64,000 nt of DNA from the human T2T-CHM13v2.0 reference genome, Homo sapiens (GCF_009914755.1 NC_060925.1), one strand, 5' to 3'. Positions 38,831 through 54,739 are shown, numbered from the stretch's first letter. Numbers and translations are program-made. Notes: generated by a model not told the origin, from the sequence alone.

Positions 38831-39839
38831 TGGTAGGAAGATTAAAAGCAAAGGAACAAATAAATGATGTATAAACTAGAAATGACTTTTAGAAAATACA
38901 ACTGAGAGATGAAGATGGAGTGCTGACAACCTGTTAGGAACCCTTTCTGGGCTTGCAAGATTTAAACCAGAATAAATGGAAAAGGAGATATGCCAATGAA
39001 CTCTGCTTAGCAAGGATCAGAGACCAAGAAAATGAGAGCAGAGAACATGTTGTGAAACAGATGCAGTCAATCAGTGATGAGTGGATTAGATACACAGACA
39101 AGCATCCTGGAGATAAAGGGAATGTAAACAAGACACTCGCACAGAGAATAGGTTCCATATGGGTGAAAGTGAGACTGGATGGACCAACCAGTTGGGGGAG
39201 AAAGGAACAGCTGGTCCAACAAATCAGGATGTGTGGCAGGTTGAGGATCAGAAGCACAATGATCAGCCACACAAACTGAACTGTCCATAGACATGGGAAC
39301 TAAATATTAGACTGAAGCTAAAAGAAACAAGACTATTGGCAAGAAAACATTCTGGAATAAACATGATACCTCCCTCTTGCCATTTTTCAGGTCAACTGGA
39401 CCTGGATATTACTGGGGATGATAAAATAGTTATGTCTAAATTGTGGAAAAAGTCTGCAGAAATTGGGCAGAATAGAAAATGTGCGGGGCCCCTCTAGACC
39501 TGTGTTTACATATACAGGAAAAAGGAAAATTTGTAGAGCTTCTCACTGTGAGCTGGGACAGGTCTTGCTACTTAATCAAGATCTATGTCCCATGACTCAG
39601 ACCTTTGATTGTGGTAAGGATACCTTCTAGATAGATTTTCAGTGATCAAATTATTTTAGAAAAGTGCATCATGATTTGAACAGTCAATGTCATAGATAAG
39701 CCTTCATCTCCACTGGTCTTCTGCCCATATATGACCTTTCAAGTGGTCCTGATGACTTTCCTTCACAAAACCCCTCCTATCTGCCTTTTTCTATTCCATA
39801 TTATGGACAGCCAGTTCTGTTCTTCTTCGTTCATATTGC

Positions 39840-40455
39840 TTGAACTCAACTCCTACTTGGTCCTGGCCCTTCCAGTTGTCTTCTGAACGTTCCCTGTATT
39901 ATCTCCAGATCTAACCTTCAAAACACAGCTTTTATCATTTCTTCTTCTGGAAAAAAAACACTTTAGCTTTTCCCTATTGTCTTCAGAATACAGATTAAAT
40001 TCTTCTGGATGGAGATTTTGAGTTAGTTCCAAACTTGCATCATTAATATTTGAAAGAGAAAACCACAGATATATCTTTTCTTTTACCATCTGAAATGTCA
40101 GCTTATATTTGGCCTTCCTGCTGGGGTTATTCTCCCCATTTCTCTGCCAAAATCCTATCCATTCTTCAAAGATTAGGTTTAATCCCATGTACCCCATAAA
40201 GCCTTTCTAAAATGCTCCAGGCAGGTCCTCTTTCTGCACTGCTATCATTCTTATTAGTGGTACCATTAATTACTCTGGGAACTGACCTTCCATTTACCTA
40301 TGATTTCTTTCCTATGGTCTTAGGTGCAGTTCAGATTCTGTATTATGCAGCACTCATGCCACAATGACTTCTTTGAGGCAAATACTTTGTCACCCAGGAA
40401 CCTTCTGTGGTGCCTTGTGCATAGCAGACACACTAAACACGTATTGATCAAATAT
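39840..40455 (+). mobile_element. L2 3' portion
   Basis: AAATCCTATCCATTCTTCAAAG...GTGCCTTGTGCATAGCAGACACACTAAACACGTATTGA. Confidence 0.6.
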
Positions 40456-41395
40456 CCCAGGATTCTAGCAACTAACCCTATGCCTGGCTTATAGTAAAAT
40501 AGATGTTAATTTACTGTATAGAGTAATTTTGGCAAAATGTAAAGGATTTTTTCTGGATAATTATAAAAGAAAGTTTTCTATTTTTCCTTTAAAAAATACT
40601 ATATAATACATTTCTCATGGCTATCTGTGACATTGACTTTTCCTTAGGCAGAAGGTGGCTGCCTCATTCTCATAGTTTCAGTGAGAGGTTAGACCAGGTG
40701 TACAGTACCAAGCAGTAGAGTGAGGCATATCATTAATACATGATAACAATGCTGGAGGCAGCATGAGCATATCAGGATGGTCAGGGCACAGGCCTGAACA
40801 CCAGACAATGGCTCTATCGTCAGACACATTCCCTATCATCGTGATCAGACACATTATCATCAGACATATTCCTTAACAGCGCCAGTTTTTATTTTTTTTC
40901 ACCTGTAAAATGGTCATAATAATGGGCCCAATAACAGAGCTATTGCAAGGGTTCATAAAACCACATGTACAAACCTTGTAGTACACACCACACACCTATA
41001 TAAAACAAAAATAGCATTTTGCTTCTATATAATGGTTTGTAGTTTGTAAAAACAGTTTTACGTTTAGGTTTGTTCCTTATACCGGAAGGTTTCAGATAAT
41101 TTGTGTGCATCTATACGTGCGTATAAAATAAAAATATACTTTATGTTACAGATCTATAATATAGATTATATATTATTAATTATTATACACATAGTATAAT
41201 ACATATGAGAAAGGGAGAAGCATATATATGTATCATATATATTTACCACATCTATGCATATGTGTATATAAGTACATACAAATATATACATACGGATATA
41301 TGTATACAATTGCATATACATACATATGCACATGCATTGCATAGATATGAAAGAGAATAAAAGAGAGAAAACAAGTGCTATGAACACTAACAAAA

Positions 41396-41801
<406 letters not shown>

Positions 41802-42762
41802 TCAGAATGGGAAAAGGCTTGTCAACTGCTGTGCTTTCTTTAAACAGTTCTCACCTTAGCAGTCTCTGCTTAATCCTCAAAATTCCTCTCAATGTACTTG
41901 ATTGCTGAGAAAGAGAGGGAAGGATGGAAGGGGGAAGGAGGGAGAGAATGAGAGAGAATGGGGAAAAAAAAAAAGATGCTCAGCAAACAGCAGGAGGGCC
42001 AAGAAAAATATTTAATCCAAACAAGGCATACGGTCGTTTCCTCCCACAGTCTGCATTCCCAGTCACCTTCCACAGGCGGGCTCAGGGAGCCAAGAAATGC
42101 TGGCCTGCCTGGCATGTGCCTGCATGCGGTGAACAGGCAGGGATGAGCACGCATGCTGGGGCTGTGGTGGAACATTCTGGTCACCAGCTCAGGCCTGCCT
42201 CAGCCTCCCATGAACTGAATGCTGGCCGAGGAACCAGGAGACAGAGACGAAGGGAAGTTAAGGATCAAAGTCCAAACAGGACCTAACAGTCTGTCCCGGG
42301 CCTTCTTGTGGGGTCACATGCTTTTCCTTTCTTCCCTCAGCTGCATGTAATCTGTCTCTGACTTGTACCTGTCTCCTCATCCTTTCATCTCCCACAGCTA
42401 TGTAAGCTCCATCCAGACAGAGCATGTACCGCCTCATGTTTCAATTATGTGGGATGTGGCCTTGTGCAGCAGCTGGCCAAGGGCCCAGAGAGGAGGGGCA
42501 CAGTGAGTGGCCACCTAGAGAGGTGACCAGAGAAAGGCACTGGAAGGTCCCACCTTACTGGGCAGGATGCCTGCAGTGGTCTGAAATTCTGCTCTCAATT
42601 TCATTCATCTGTAGTCTTAAGTTTGATGTCTGGAAGAGTCTACTGTGAATGAGCCTATGACTGGAAGGCCACACCAAGCTGTTTTCAGGTGATATTTTGG
42701 GGTGAGTAATTGATAGTGAAAACAAATACCTGGGAGGCAAAGGGACAAGATAGGGGAAATAA

Positions 42763-42890
42763 TTGGGCATGGTGGTTTATACCTGTAGTCCCAGCTACTT
42801 GGGAGACTGAGGCAGGAGGATTGCTTGAGCCCAAGGGTTTGAGACCAGCCTGGACAACATAGCCAGACCCCATCTCTTAAAAAATAAATT
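42763..42890 (+). mobile_element. Alu monomer (FLAM-like)
   Basis: Single arm of about 125 nt, TGGGCATGGTGG...GGAGGATTGCTTGAGCCC...GACCCCATCTCTTAAAAAA. Confidence 0.8.
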
Positions 42891-45012
42891 TTTAAAAACA
42901 GACAAACAAATAGATGACAGGGGGAATGTTTACCTTATCTTGGAGGAAAGGTAAGAGGAGTGAAATACAAGAACTGTTTTGAATTTTTAGTTTTATAGAG
43001 TTAATTCTGGAGAGAATTCACTAGTTTAATCCATCAAATATTCATTAAGCACATATTGTAATGTATTGGATACTGCGCTGATGCACAGGGTTTATTGCTG
43101 ATGGAGGAAAAGGGAACAGAAAAGAGACAAAAATGGAAGTGTTCCTGCCCCCACAGTCCTTGCAGAGTTGCGGACCTCTTTTGTTCAAGGTTTCTATGTC
43201 TGACCTTAATACACAGTTGGTTGGCTCCAATTAGCTGAAAAGGGAAGCAGGATATTCCCTAAACAAATGATTGTTAATCCATTGATTGTTTAAAGAAGAG
43301 AGCCAAATGTCATGCAGTAAGACTGTATCTGAAGACCTTGCAGACCATCTACACCACTCCCAACATGAAAGCAAGAAAAAGGAAATTACAAGAACTCATG
43401 GGCCTATCAGCCCTGCAATGGGGACAGTGAGGTCTGATGGTATGTCATTATTAATTCTTGTAGGAGCCCACGGCACAGACTTTGCTGTGTCACAAACATT
43501 GGTACTATGGAAGCCTGGCAATGAGTCCACCTGATGGACTGCTGCTGTTCCTGGGCAGCATTTTAAGAAGCATTGCTGTGTACTTAGAAGAGGAGGAAGG
43601 ATGACAGTGTCATGAAAACAGTTTTTGACAGCAAAGGATTGGGAATCACTGGAATAAAATCTTGACAAATGAATTGTACAGGATCAGCTTCACTGGAGAA
43701 AAGGGGGTCACATGGAGGACAGCAAACACTGATGGAGGGGTAGACAAAAGTTTTTTCGGTTTTTGTTTGTTTGTTTTAGGACATGGAGTTGGGTTTGGTG
43801 CAGAAGGGTCAAGGAGTGATTCAGTGCAGAAGGAATAAAGGTGGTTGGGGAAGTGGAGCACTGGGTGCCTTCACAGCCTTCAAAGTGTATCTTGTGTAGT
43901 TTTGGTAACAGGTGAGGGAAGAGATAGGGCAAAAGGTACCCAACACCTTACCATCAGCAAGGCCTCTGAGTCAGAGGAGGGCCAGGACACATTCCCGTCA
44001 GGAATGGCTCAGGCTGCAGCTCTCAACAGGAGGGCCAATAAAAACTTCACAGAAGTGCTGTTGTTTTCAGTAGGGCCCTGTGCAGGGATGTTCTGTCCTT
44101 AAGGAGCCAGGCTTCAACTTCGAGTTGGTGTTTTTCTTGCACAAATGTGCATGGATATCACCTGAACACTGTCTTTCCCATTTTCACCCTTTGGGACTAT
44201 AACTCCATCCACCAGCACTGCCCTCCTCCTGGCCTTGAGGTGGGCAAGACCACTCATATAGAACTGTCTCTCCCAGAGGAGAGACTGCATGGGGAAGCAG
44301 GTCAGTGTGTGCTTGCAGTGAGGTAGAGAGTTTGTGTGACTTTGAGTCTTTATTTGCAACTATTTGAAAAGGGCCGTGAGGTTAGTTTTGGCTGAAAAGT
44401 AAGTCCCAGAGAGTCTCCTCACCTTCCTGTTTTCCTGCAGCACATATCAGAGAAGAAATATCTGTGTGATGGTTTGGGGTTTTTTTCAGAGGCTAAGACA
44501 CCCAAGTCACCATTATGGTTTTTGAAGAGAGCCCTGGTTTCCAGGAGCCAATTAGACCATTTCTTTTCTGTTTTTATAAGTTTCAAAACTGTTTCCCTTG
44601 TCACCTGACTCTGTCTTTCATGACTCAGGTACATGCATTGGTGGTAAAAGTGAATGGGGAAGGAGGCTCTCAGGGATGGAGCATGCCTGGTTTTGACTAA
44701 AGTGTTGGTGGCAGAATCTTGAAGTTTTCTGACCAGAGTCTCTAGGGAGACAATTCAGGCACCAACCTGCAATGGTAAAAGCAATGGTAGTTTTCTTGCT
44801 GCTTTCATAAAATTATGAATTATTGAATGCTTGCTATAGGTCAGGCATTGTGCTATGTGTTTTACCTCCATTTGCTCATTTATTCCTTGCAGCAATTCTG
44901 TGAGGTAGGTGCTATTTTTCTCATTCACTAACAAGAACACTGCTGCTCATTGTTAAGAAATTTTCTCAGATTCTGATTGTTGGTAAGGAGCAGAGCTGGG
45001 ATCTGAGCATAG

Positions 45013-45326
<314 letters not shown>

Positions 45327-46449
45327 ATATTCTGTGCTTTTAATCACCATACTCTATAGCCTTGATAGTTTCTGGGGCAGGAACTATTACGCCCTGGGTA
45401 CCTTGGAGTAAGTGAAGTCAATACAGATGAAAGATGTCTTTTTTATCTTAACGTTTGCTTGCTTTTCTTTTCTCATCTAATTTTTCTCAACTATTTCTCT
45501 CAGAGGAGATTGATTTTTGTCCTATTTGATTATTTCTAAGACTTTGCTTTGGTCTTGGTGTCAAATGTAGATAAGCTGATTATAATCAGCCTTCTCTTTC
45601 AGGCTCTGCAGAGGTACACATTTGCCTTTTTAGAGGGTCTGCTGGGTTACACAGGCCGTGGTTTGAGGTCCTACACAGAAGATGTACTACCACACATGGA
45701 CCAGTGATGCATGAGAGGCCACACAAGTAGACGCGCAGTCGGCATTCCTCTGATCATCCAGCAGGATGTGTATCTTCATTGTCTTTCTTTCAATTACATC
45801 TTCTCATCTCTTGTTTGTAGATTCCACCCTTGCCCTTCCAGGAGATACTCTGTACAACTTCAACTGTTAGCCGAAAACACAGAAGATCCTTAACGTCTTA
45901 CTGTTAGTGACTTAGCCAAGGGCTGGATTTGAATCATGTAGACTTCAGAGCTGGTAGGCAGGAGCAAATCTCTTGGCTCCCAAGTGAGCCAAGCTACCTG
46001 CGGAGCATCATAATGTGATTGTGTCATTCTGTATCAGTCCTCATAAACATTGTCTTTTTATTAAAGTTCTAACAGGATTACATAAAAACTCCCTACCTTA
46101 CAAAGGGCCAAGACCTAGGCCCTTATTCCAGATCACCTGTTAAAACCCAACCACTTGATCACAGATATTTGCAAACATTCCTAGGACAGCCATGGTTTAC
46201 TGCTTTCTTTCTGCTCTGGTTTACAGTTTCTTTGTTTTTGGCCTTTGGGAAATGTTCTTTTTCTTCTTATGATGCCAGATGTGAAACTGAGAGAATATTG
46301 TTAGGTTTTATCTAACATTTTAGATGGTTTATAGAGGGGTAATTCTTACATAGTATATTCTACTGCCTTGTCCTACTTTCTGGCTGAAACGTAAGTATGA
46401 TACACCTCCAAATGTATGGATGTGTACCATGTTCTTCACTTAGAAGATG

Positions 46450-46545
46450 ATCTACATATATATTATATACATACACATGACCTACATATATATGTGTATA
46501 TATATGTGTATGTGTGTCTGTGTGTGTATATATATATATATATGA
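46450..46545. repeat. (TA)/(TG) compound microsatellite
   Basis: Alternating purine-pyrimidine runs. Confidence 0.85.
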
Positions 46546-47006
46546 TTTATTTCAACTCCAGTGTCTACAGTATATGCATTTATAGTAAGAAATAGAGTAG
46601 ATGCCCATAAAATCTGGACCTGTGTCTAAGTTATGTGATTCTCATAAGGTAACATACCTAGCAAATTTTCTAGCAGTACAGGAATAATGAAAAGGAAGGA
46701 TCTGGTCATAAAGTATGCTAAGGAAATGTAGTTTGCCTCCCACTTCAAAATAGGACAATCATATTTATTTATTTGTTGACAACCTACATCAGTCACTAAA
46801 CTAGTAGCTGAGACTACAAAGTTGATTAGATCCCAAGCCTTTGAAAATACATTCCAGAGGTTAAGCTCTATAATAAATATGTGGATCAAATATACCATAA
46901 CTCAGAGAAGGGACAGCTTTCTGAGTCCAGGAAGCCAGATGAAATTTTCCAGAGAAGATTGTTCCTAAGAAACTATTCCTGCATAAGCCATCTTGATATC
47001 TATCTA

Positions 47007-47658
<652 letters not shown>

Positions 47659-48139
47659 GTGAAGCTATGGGGGTCCAGAGGAATTGAGATTATGCATGAC
47701 CATTTCTTTGTCTCTGTGTTAGATTGCTAGGTTTACTTAATACACCCGTACCAAGCCCCTTCTGTAAAGGTGCCAAAAGAACTTAAGTTACCCTTCTTTC
47801 TCAGTAAATTAAAAGACTAATGAAATCATCAAATAGTGGTGGTGTGGCATCGTAGAAAGAACAGAAGACCCAATATCTAGAGATTTGGAATCTGTTCCCA
47901 GGATTGCTACTAACTATCCTTGAAAACAAGACAGTTCACCTTTTTAAGGCTTCATTTCATCATTTGTAAAATAAGAAGTTTCTACTAAATAATCTTCAAG
48001 GTGTCATCTAGCCTTAGCATTTCATATATCTATGGTGTTCAAAAAAATCTCTTCAACATACTGATTTGATTTCCTTTGGATATATACCCAGTGGTGGGAT
48101 TGCTGGATCACATAATTTACATTCCCAACAACAGTGTGA

Positions 48140-48491
<352 letters not shown>

Positions 48492-51400
48492 GTCTTTCAT
48501 CTTTTTGATAAGCAACTAGTGGTCTCATTATCAGAGGTCCCTGAGGGGCCCTACAGGCCCCCCCAGGTTCTGCCCCCAAGATTCTAAGAGAGACCTTGTG
48601 CTAGGGCTCTAGTCTTGATGTTCTTTGCATTGTTTGGATATGAAGCCCAGGATATGTGGGCACAATAAGGTAAATCATGAGATGTGAAGGAGAATGAAGA
48701 TCAGGCCAGAGGTCACCATTCATTGAAGAGCCAGAGAAAAAGAAAATTAGTGCACAGATTTGTGTAGATTTACAGAGAACTTCTATTTGCTGCAAGAACT
48801 TCATCAGGCGCTGCACCATGCCTGATTTGGAAAGGAGCTTCTTTGGGGCCTGATAGAACTGAATTAATATGAAGAAATTGAAGTGGCTCTGATTTGTCAT
48901 TCACATAACGAGAAGTTTTTTTTATGAAAACGATGTGGAAAACAGAAAATAGTGCTTGGCCTCAAGCAAAAATTTGATTAGCATCTTCTCTTGGTCTGAA
49001 ACACTCATCAAGATAATAAAATAGGATTCAGTCCCATGCCTTACCTTTAGAGATACAGTCCCTTTTGGCTAAGATTCCAACCTGTAGGTTAGTAATGCAG
49101 AAGTTCTAAAGTCCAAACTAACCTTTCTAAAACATCAGCATGGTCTTGAGTTCTGTTGCAAGCTGTAGAAGAACAGTGTTCTTAATCTGGTTCAAGAAAG
49201 AGAGATCTTATCAGCCAATCAGTCAATGTTTATGGAACTACTCCCGAGCCTGGGCTCTGTAATAGGCAGCCTGAGACCACTCACCCTTCTATTTCTTCTT
49301 CTTCTTAGACACATCTTTCAGATTCCTCAGAACCATCCAGTCCTAAGCTCTTCTCCATGGGGCCTAGATGTTGTGGAGCCAGCTCCTAAAAGCAGATTTC
49401 CCTCACCCCCAAAATCTGGATTAGGTATTTAACTCCTGTTCACATCTTGATGCTACACTGAACTATCACATGAGCTAAAAAAAATAAAAATAAAAAATAA
49501 ATGAAAAAAAAATTGCTTATGATGGGCCTCCCCAAGGGCTGGAACTATGTTTCATTTATCTTTGTGACCCCATAACAATGCCTGGCACATATAGGTGTGG
49601 AATAAAGCATATGGAGTGATTGAATGACTGACTATACCCATAGACAGCAGACAGGGCCACACTATCTCTATGGCTAACTCCCCACAGCAACTTCAAAATG
49701 GGAAACATCGCCAGATTATATAACAGGCAGAAGAAATTACGTTTACTTTTGAGAAGTTTCCGAAGCGGTATTCGTAGGGCAGACTGACAGTCTTTCCTTT
49801 TCGTATTCCACCACTTGCACACAGTCATTATTTGTCCATTTCATCTGCCTGGAACCCAGCTAGAAAAGCCGTGGCAAGAAAAGGCTTCCTATAACAATGA
49901 AAATAGGTATCATTAGGCTCATACGTCATAAGAAGAGTAGTCCAAGCGCTCTCTCAGATTTAAGTATTCACTGTAGGTATAACGCTAAGGGCTTGACTTT
50001 CTGGCTCAAACATAAATCATCTCTGAGGGGTGTGTGTGTGCGTGTGTGTGTTTTAAAGGAGGCACATTTAGCAAAGGGGAGAGTTTTCCTATACAGTGAA
50101 AATAACATACAGCTATGTTAATGACTTTGGGTTCTATATGTTGTTAAAAGGCAAAAAAAAAAAAAAAAAAAAAACGGGTGTTTTATAAAGATATTTTTGT
50201 TTTACCAAGATGGTTAAAATAAAAATTTAAAAAGTGACCCTTACCAGGATAAGCTTCAGATATTTGAAAAGTGCACTTATGTGAAACGCTTTATTTTCTG
50301 ATGTTACAGAATAAGCAAGGTATACATATGGGTGGTGACGTTCACCTATGTACACATTGTGCAGAGAAACCAAGCCCAGTACCTTTTCTTGGAAAAGATG
50401 CCTGTGGGTTAGAGTGATATCCTAAGACTGACATCTTTCAGTTATTGAAATTAAAATTTTCTAGTCTATATCCAGTCTTCAGATATTTTTAAATTTGGGA
50501 TCAATTAGTCATTTTTCCTTTCCTATTTTTTCATTGTAACCTTGGACTCAAACTGTCGAGCTTCCCAGGCACAGGTTGCCATAGGAGACTCTGTTTGTTG
50601 AGGGTGGAGTGGTTGATTTTGGCAGGTTGAGGGAGGAGCAATTAATTCTAATAGGTATATAGTAAATTAAACACTTGGGTCTTTCCAGCCTTTTTTCTGT
50701 ATTTCTTCTCTTTTCTATAAACTTCGTTCTCTTTCCAGATGACTCTTTAAGAGCAGAAAAGAAGGAGCTTTTAGAAATAATTCCCAGGCTATAGCAAAGG
50801 AAGTCCAGTGGGGCCTGGAGGTCACTTAGATCATTATTGCTCTTTTCAACATATGTTCTCTAATGTTCTTGAGATTAGAAGCGACCCTTGTTGAAGACTT
50901 TAGAAAGAAAAATTCCTTGGGATCCTTTACTAACCCATTCAAATATTTAGATTGTTCTTATGAAAAGAAAGATATCTTTAGATATACCTTTAATTTCCAT
51001 TATGAAGACCAGACTTATACATGTAAGAAAAGTATTTTGGGTGCTCCTTCGATTTTTATAGACAATTACATGGAAAAAAAAGAAGGAACTTACTAGGTTT
51101 TGCCAATGAGTCAGTCAGGGTTGGAGCAAAAGTAACAGATGTAGTGCTAGATGAATAAGATACACTCCAAACACTTGAAAGAGAAAAATGAAACTCTGGG
51201 GAAACTCCGTAGATGTATCCAGTCATCCTGCAAGAACCCAAGAGCATCTATAGGTGTTAAGGATGCACTAGTTATCTTTGACTTTGATTATTTGGCTGCA
51301 GTTCGGGACCTGAGTCTTGATTCTACAGTTATTCCAAGTTCTCTAGAGCCAGAATAACTGGTTCCAGCATTAAAGACAAATGCTCATTACAGAATCTTTG

Positions 51401-52847
51401 TCTTTTATCCCAGTGAGGCCTGTGCTGAAAGCAGAATTCATTTTCACTTCTTGCTCACAACTGACATTGCTATGCAGCTGTGTGGCAGCTGTTGAGTTCC
51501 ACCCCACAAGTAGCAGCTTCTCAGCCGTTGGCAAACTGGTATACATCTGGAATGATGTTCAAATGACATCAGGATCCCATAGAATAAATCAAAACATGGA
51601 AGTAATAACTTGGATAAACTCGTTCTGATGTAACTCAATTGCTGAGAATTATTTAATGGCCATTTTTGAGTTGAGTGATCTATCTCATCAAAACATGGTA
51701 AAATACAAAACTGTCCTTCTATTTGACATTTAAGGAGGGTCGGGGGAAGAGAAAGTGATTTGAACACATAAACTGGAAGGTGGCTTCAGAACTCAAGAGT
51801 TCTGTGGCCCAAAGAATTTGACCACAAGATGTTTCCTACGACTTTATGGTTGGGCATCTCTCAGGATGAGGAGCAGCCAGGTTATTGAGTAGGTGGGCTG
51901 GCTGATTTACCCTCCAGGATACAGCAGGACAACATTTCCCTCCAGAGGTAGTTTTCTGGAGAAATAATGCATTGGGCTGCTGAGCTATTTTTTAACAACT
52001 TGTTGCTGTTCTTATTGTACATTCTCTTTTGGGGTGAAACACTCCATTAACTCTGGTTTGGCCTGGACGCCTTTCCCATTTTAGTTCGTGCTGATTTACT
52101 GCAGTAGCAGTGGTGGATGGAAACAGTACAGCTTTCTCTGCTCTAACCCTGTATCTAGTTTCTGTGCATGAGTTGGCTGTACCTGTGGGAATATTTGTGT
52201 TACAGCACTGGTGTCCTCAACCCGAGCACCACTGCGGGCTGGACAGACACCATCTGAGTCTTCATAGCACCCAAGGACTACTCAGGTCTCTAAGTGTCAG
52301 TCTTCAGTGCACCAGGAGAGGGGTGGAGGTTAATATGTGAGAAGCAGTACAAAACCAAGTTACATGACATCTAATACTAAGCTTTATCTGACACTTGCTA
52401 TGTGACCTGGGCAATTCTTATCATCTCTATGCATCCTCATTTCCAAAAAAGTGGGACTTTTGAGGCCAATCCTGCCTACTGCACAGGCTTTCTCCCATGC
52501 TCAACAGAGTTAAAAATATGTTGAACTGTTTTGTAACCTATATAATATAAAGACCTCTTGTTACAAGAAGGCAAAAAAGTTGATCAAAGAGTTTAAATGA
52601 CGTATCTCAGACCTTAGAGTAGGCCAGGAGCAGTGCTGCCAGTGAAATGTGACAATTCCTTGGACCTAGTGGTCTTGAGATTTTTTCAACTTCTTGCAAA
52701 TATTAGGTCAATTTGTGTCCTGCACCTTGGGTGCTTTTCTGTAATATCTCTGGAGCTGTATGGATTACGCTGGGATGGGAGGAGTGGCAGAGTCAAACAA
52801 GACATAATAAGGCTATACTGAGATGTTGCCTTCTAACCTCCCTACAG

Positions 52848-52946
52848 CCCTTCCAAGCAGATGGTTGGTGTGACACTATCAACAACCGAGCCTACTGCCA
52901 CTATGATGGGGGAGACTGCTGCTCTTCCACACTCTCCTCCAAGAAG
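52848..52946 (+). CDS. PAPPA2: Pappalysin-2 coding exon (about exon 22), LNR3 (Lin-12/Notch repeat): [33 protein letters not shown]
   Basis: ccctacag|CCC acceptor, AAG|gtgagt donor, 99 nt (phase 0-0); LNR signature DGWCD...N...C.YDGGDC. Confidence 0.97.
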
Positions 52947-54739
52947 GTGAGTGAGAGAACCTGGGGATGGGGGAGGCAGTGGCTTCAGGAATAAAGGCAG
53001 GGTCTTCAGCTAGCTCTCATTCATGGTGTGTAATAATGGGTTTGTATTCAACAATTAGGAGGGAATTATAATGAACAAACATTGGAGCTTCTAAAGTGAC
53101 AGGGTTAAGGGTAGCATAGGTTCTTAGACAACACTAGTTCTTTGTCAGTTCAGTGATTCTTTCAGAAAAGCCATGGTTTTTGCTACAGAAAGACTCATAC
53201 CTGCTTATCATTGTCCAAGAAACATCTCTGTAGGCAGGGAAAGTAATTGTCCTTACCCCTGGGGGAGGTGGGATTATCAACAAACTGCTATTCAGTTACT
53301 AACCATCTCCATAATTACATTAATAATTTTATATAGTGTGTTACAAGCATCTCGCAGGCACATGTTAAATGGCTGCCACCAGCCACCTGAGCACTCTCTG
53401 GATTGTCTCGTGAGCAATTATCCTTTCTAATGCCCTTTATCCCTGTTATTCTTGGCTCTGTTAAATTAGCAGATAGGCTCAAGCTAAGCCTTATAAAATA
53501 GAATAAGCTGAAACTTTGCAATAATATGGGTAAAAATCTAAGTGCTCCAAAGATACTTGAAGCTAGTTGGGTCAATATGATAAATCTGAAATAAGCAAGA
53601 GATGTTATTTCCTTCCTTGTATATGTCTCCACAATAAAACCATACCTACCATGATAACCTACATGCAGGCTTGAATACTACATCTCTCACTCGCTAATGT
53701 TTAATCCTTACTCAATATGTGGCAGACACTGTTCTCACCACTTATGTGAATTAACTTATTTAATGCAGAGTGCTCAGGGGCTCATCATATCACTATTTAA
53801 TTTGGCTGTCTTTTGCTCTAAAAACCAATAAATCCTAAACTAAGAAACAGATCAAGAGCTTGGAACAAAGGTCAGAAATCAGGCCAGCTATCTCTGTGTA
53901 GGAAGACAAGATAACTTAGGAAAAAATAAAGCAGTTCTCTCCCCATCTCACACTCTGAAAATCTAGTAATCGTCTGTAATAAATTTCAGTGCCTGTGGCC
54001 AGCATACACAGGAATTAGGATCGAAAAGGCACTTCACCCCTCTGTTGACTCCTAAATCACATTTTAGAGTAATGTGCAAATATGCTGGAAAATTTCCCCA
54101 CACAACCCCACCCATTCTCCTACCCACTTGCCCAATCACCAAGCCCATCTCTTTAGTGTACTTGGACTAGTATTGTGTGTGATATGCCTATTTATTTTTA
54201 TCTCATTAGATTATTAATGCCCCAAAAGGAAAAATCATTGCCACTTTTATATCACCTCTCCCAAATACCTGATTTTTTCTGATGCTAGTTATGGATGTAG
54301 CATTTATCTGTTTGTAGCAGTGCAAGCAGAAGTGAGTAACTTTTTCCGGACTATCTCTGGCATGAGGAAGAGATAGTTACATAGAAGGAAGGCAATACAG
54401 CCACAAACAATGGGTGGGTAGATGCATTATTCCACCAAGTCAAAGTATATCCTGGGCTCAAGAAGAGCAAAATCTCATGCTTTATGAGGATGGCAAAGAT
54501 GTTCCTATTGTTCCAAGAGCACTGAGGAGTTGGAGTCAGAGTGCTAGTCTGTAGCTAGTCTCGGCTTCCCATATAGTAGTCTCATTACCTTGAATTAAGT
54601 CACCCCACATCTCTTGCCCTTCCCTGTAAAGAGAAAATGCTAATGCTACCATTCATCTTTCCTACTTTACAGGGAAAGTGACAGTAACAGTAAGAGCAGT
54701 ATTTTTAGATATGAGTGGTAATATTAGAACTGATAGAAT

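Noticed and set aside
49039-49093. Splice-like motifs on both strands (possible 37-nt minus-strand mini-exon)
   Set aside because: Such motifs occur by chance in a 40-kb intron; no partner exon or frame support visible
52826-52847. U12-type intron suggested by TTCTAAC close to the acceptor
   Set aside because: The upstream donor is GTAAGA (U2-type), not GTATCCTT, and the motif departs from TCCTTAAC
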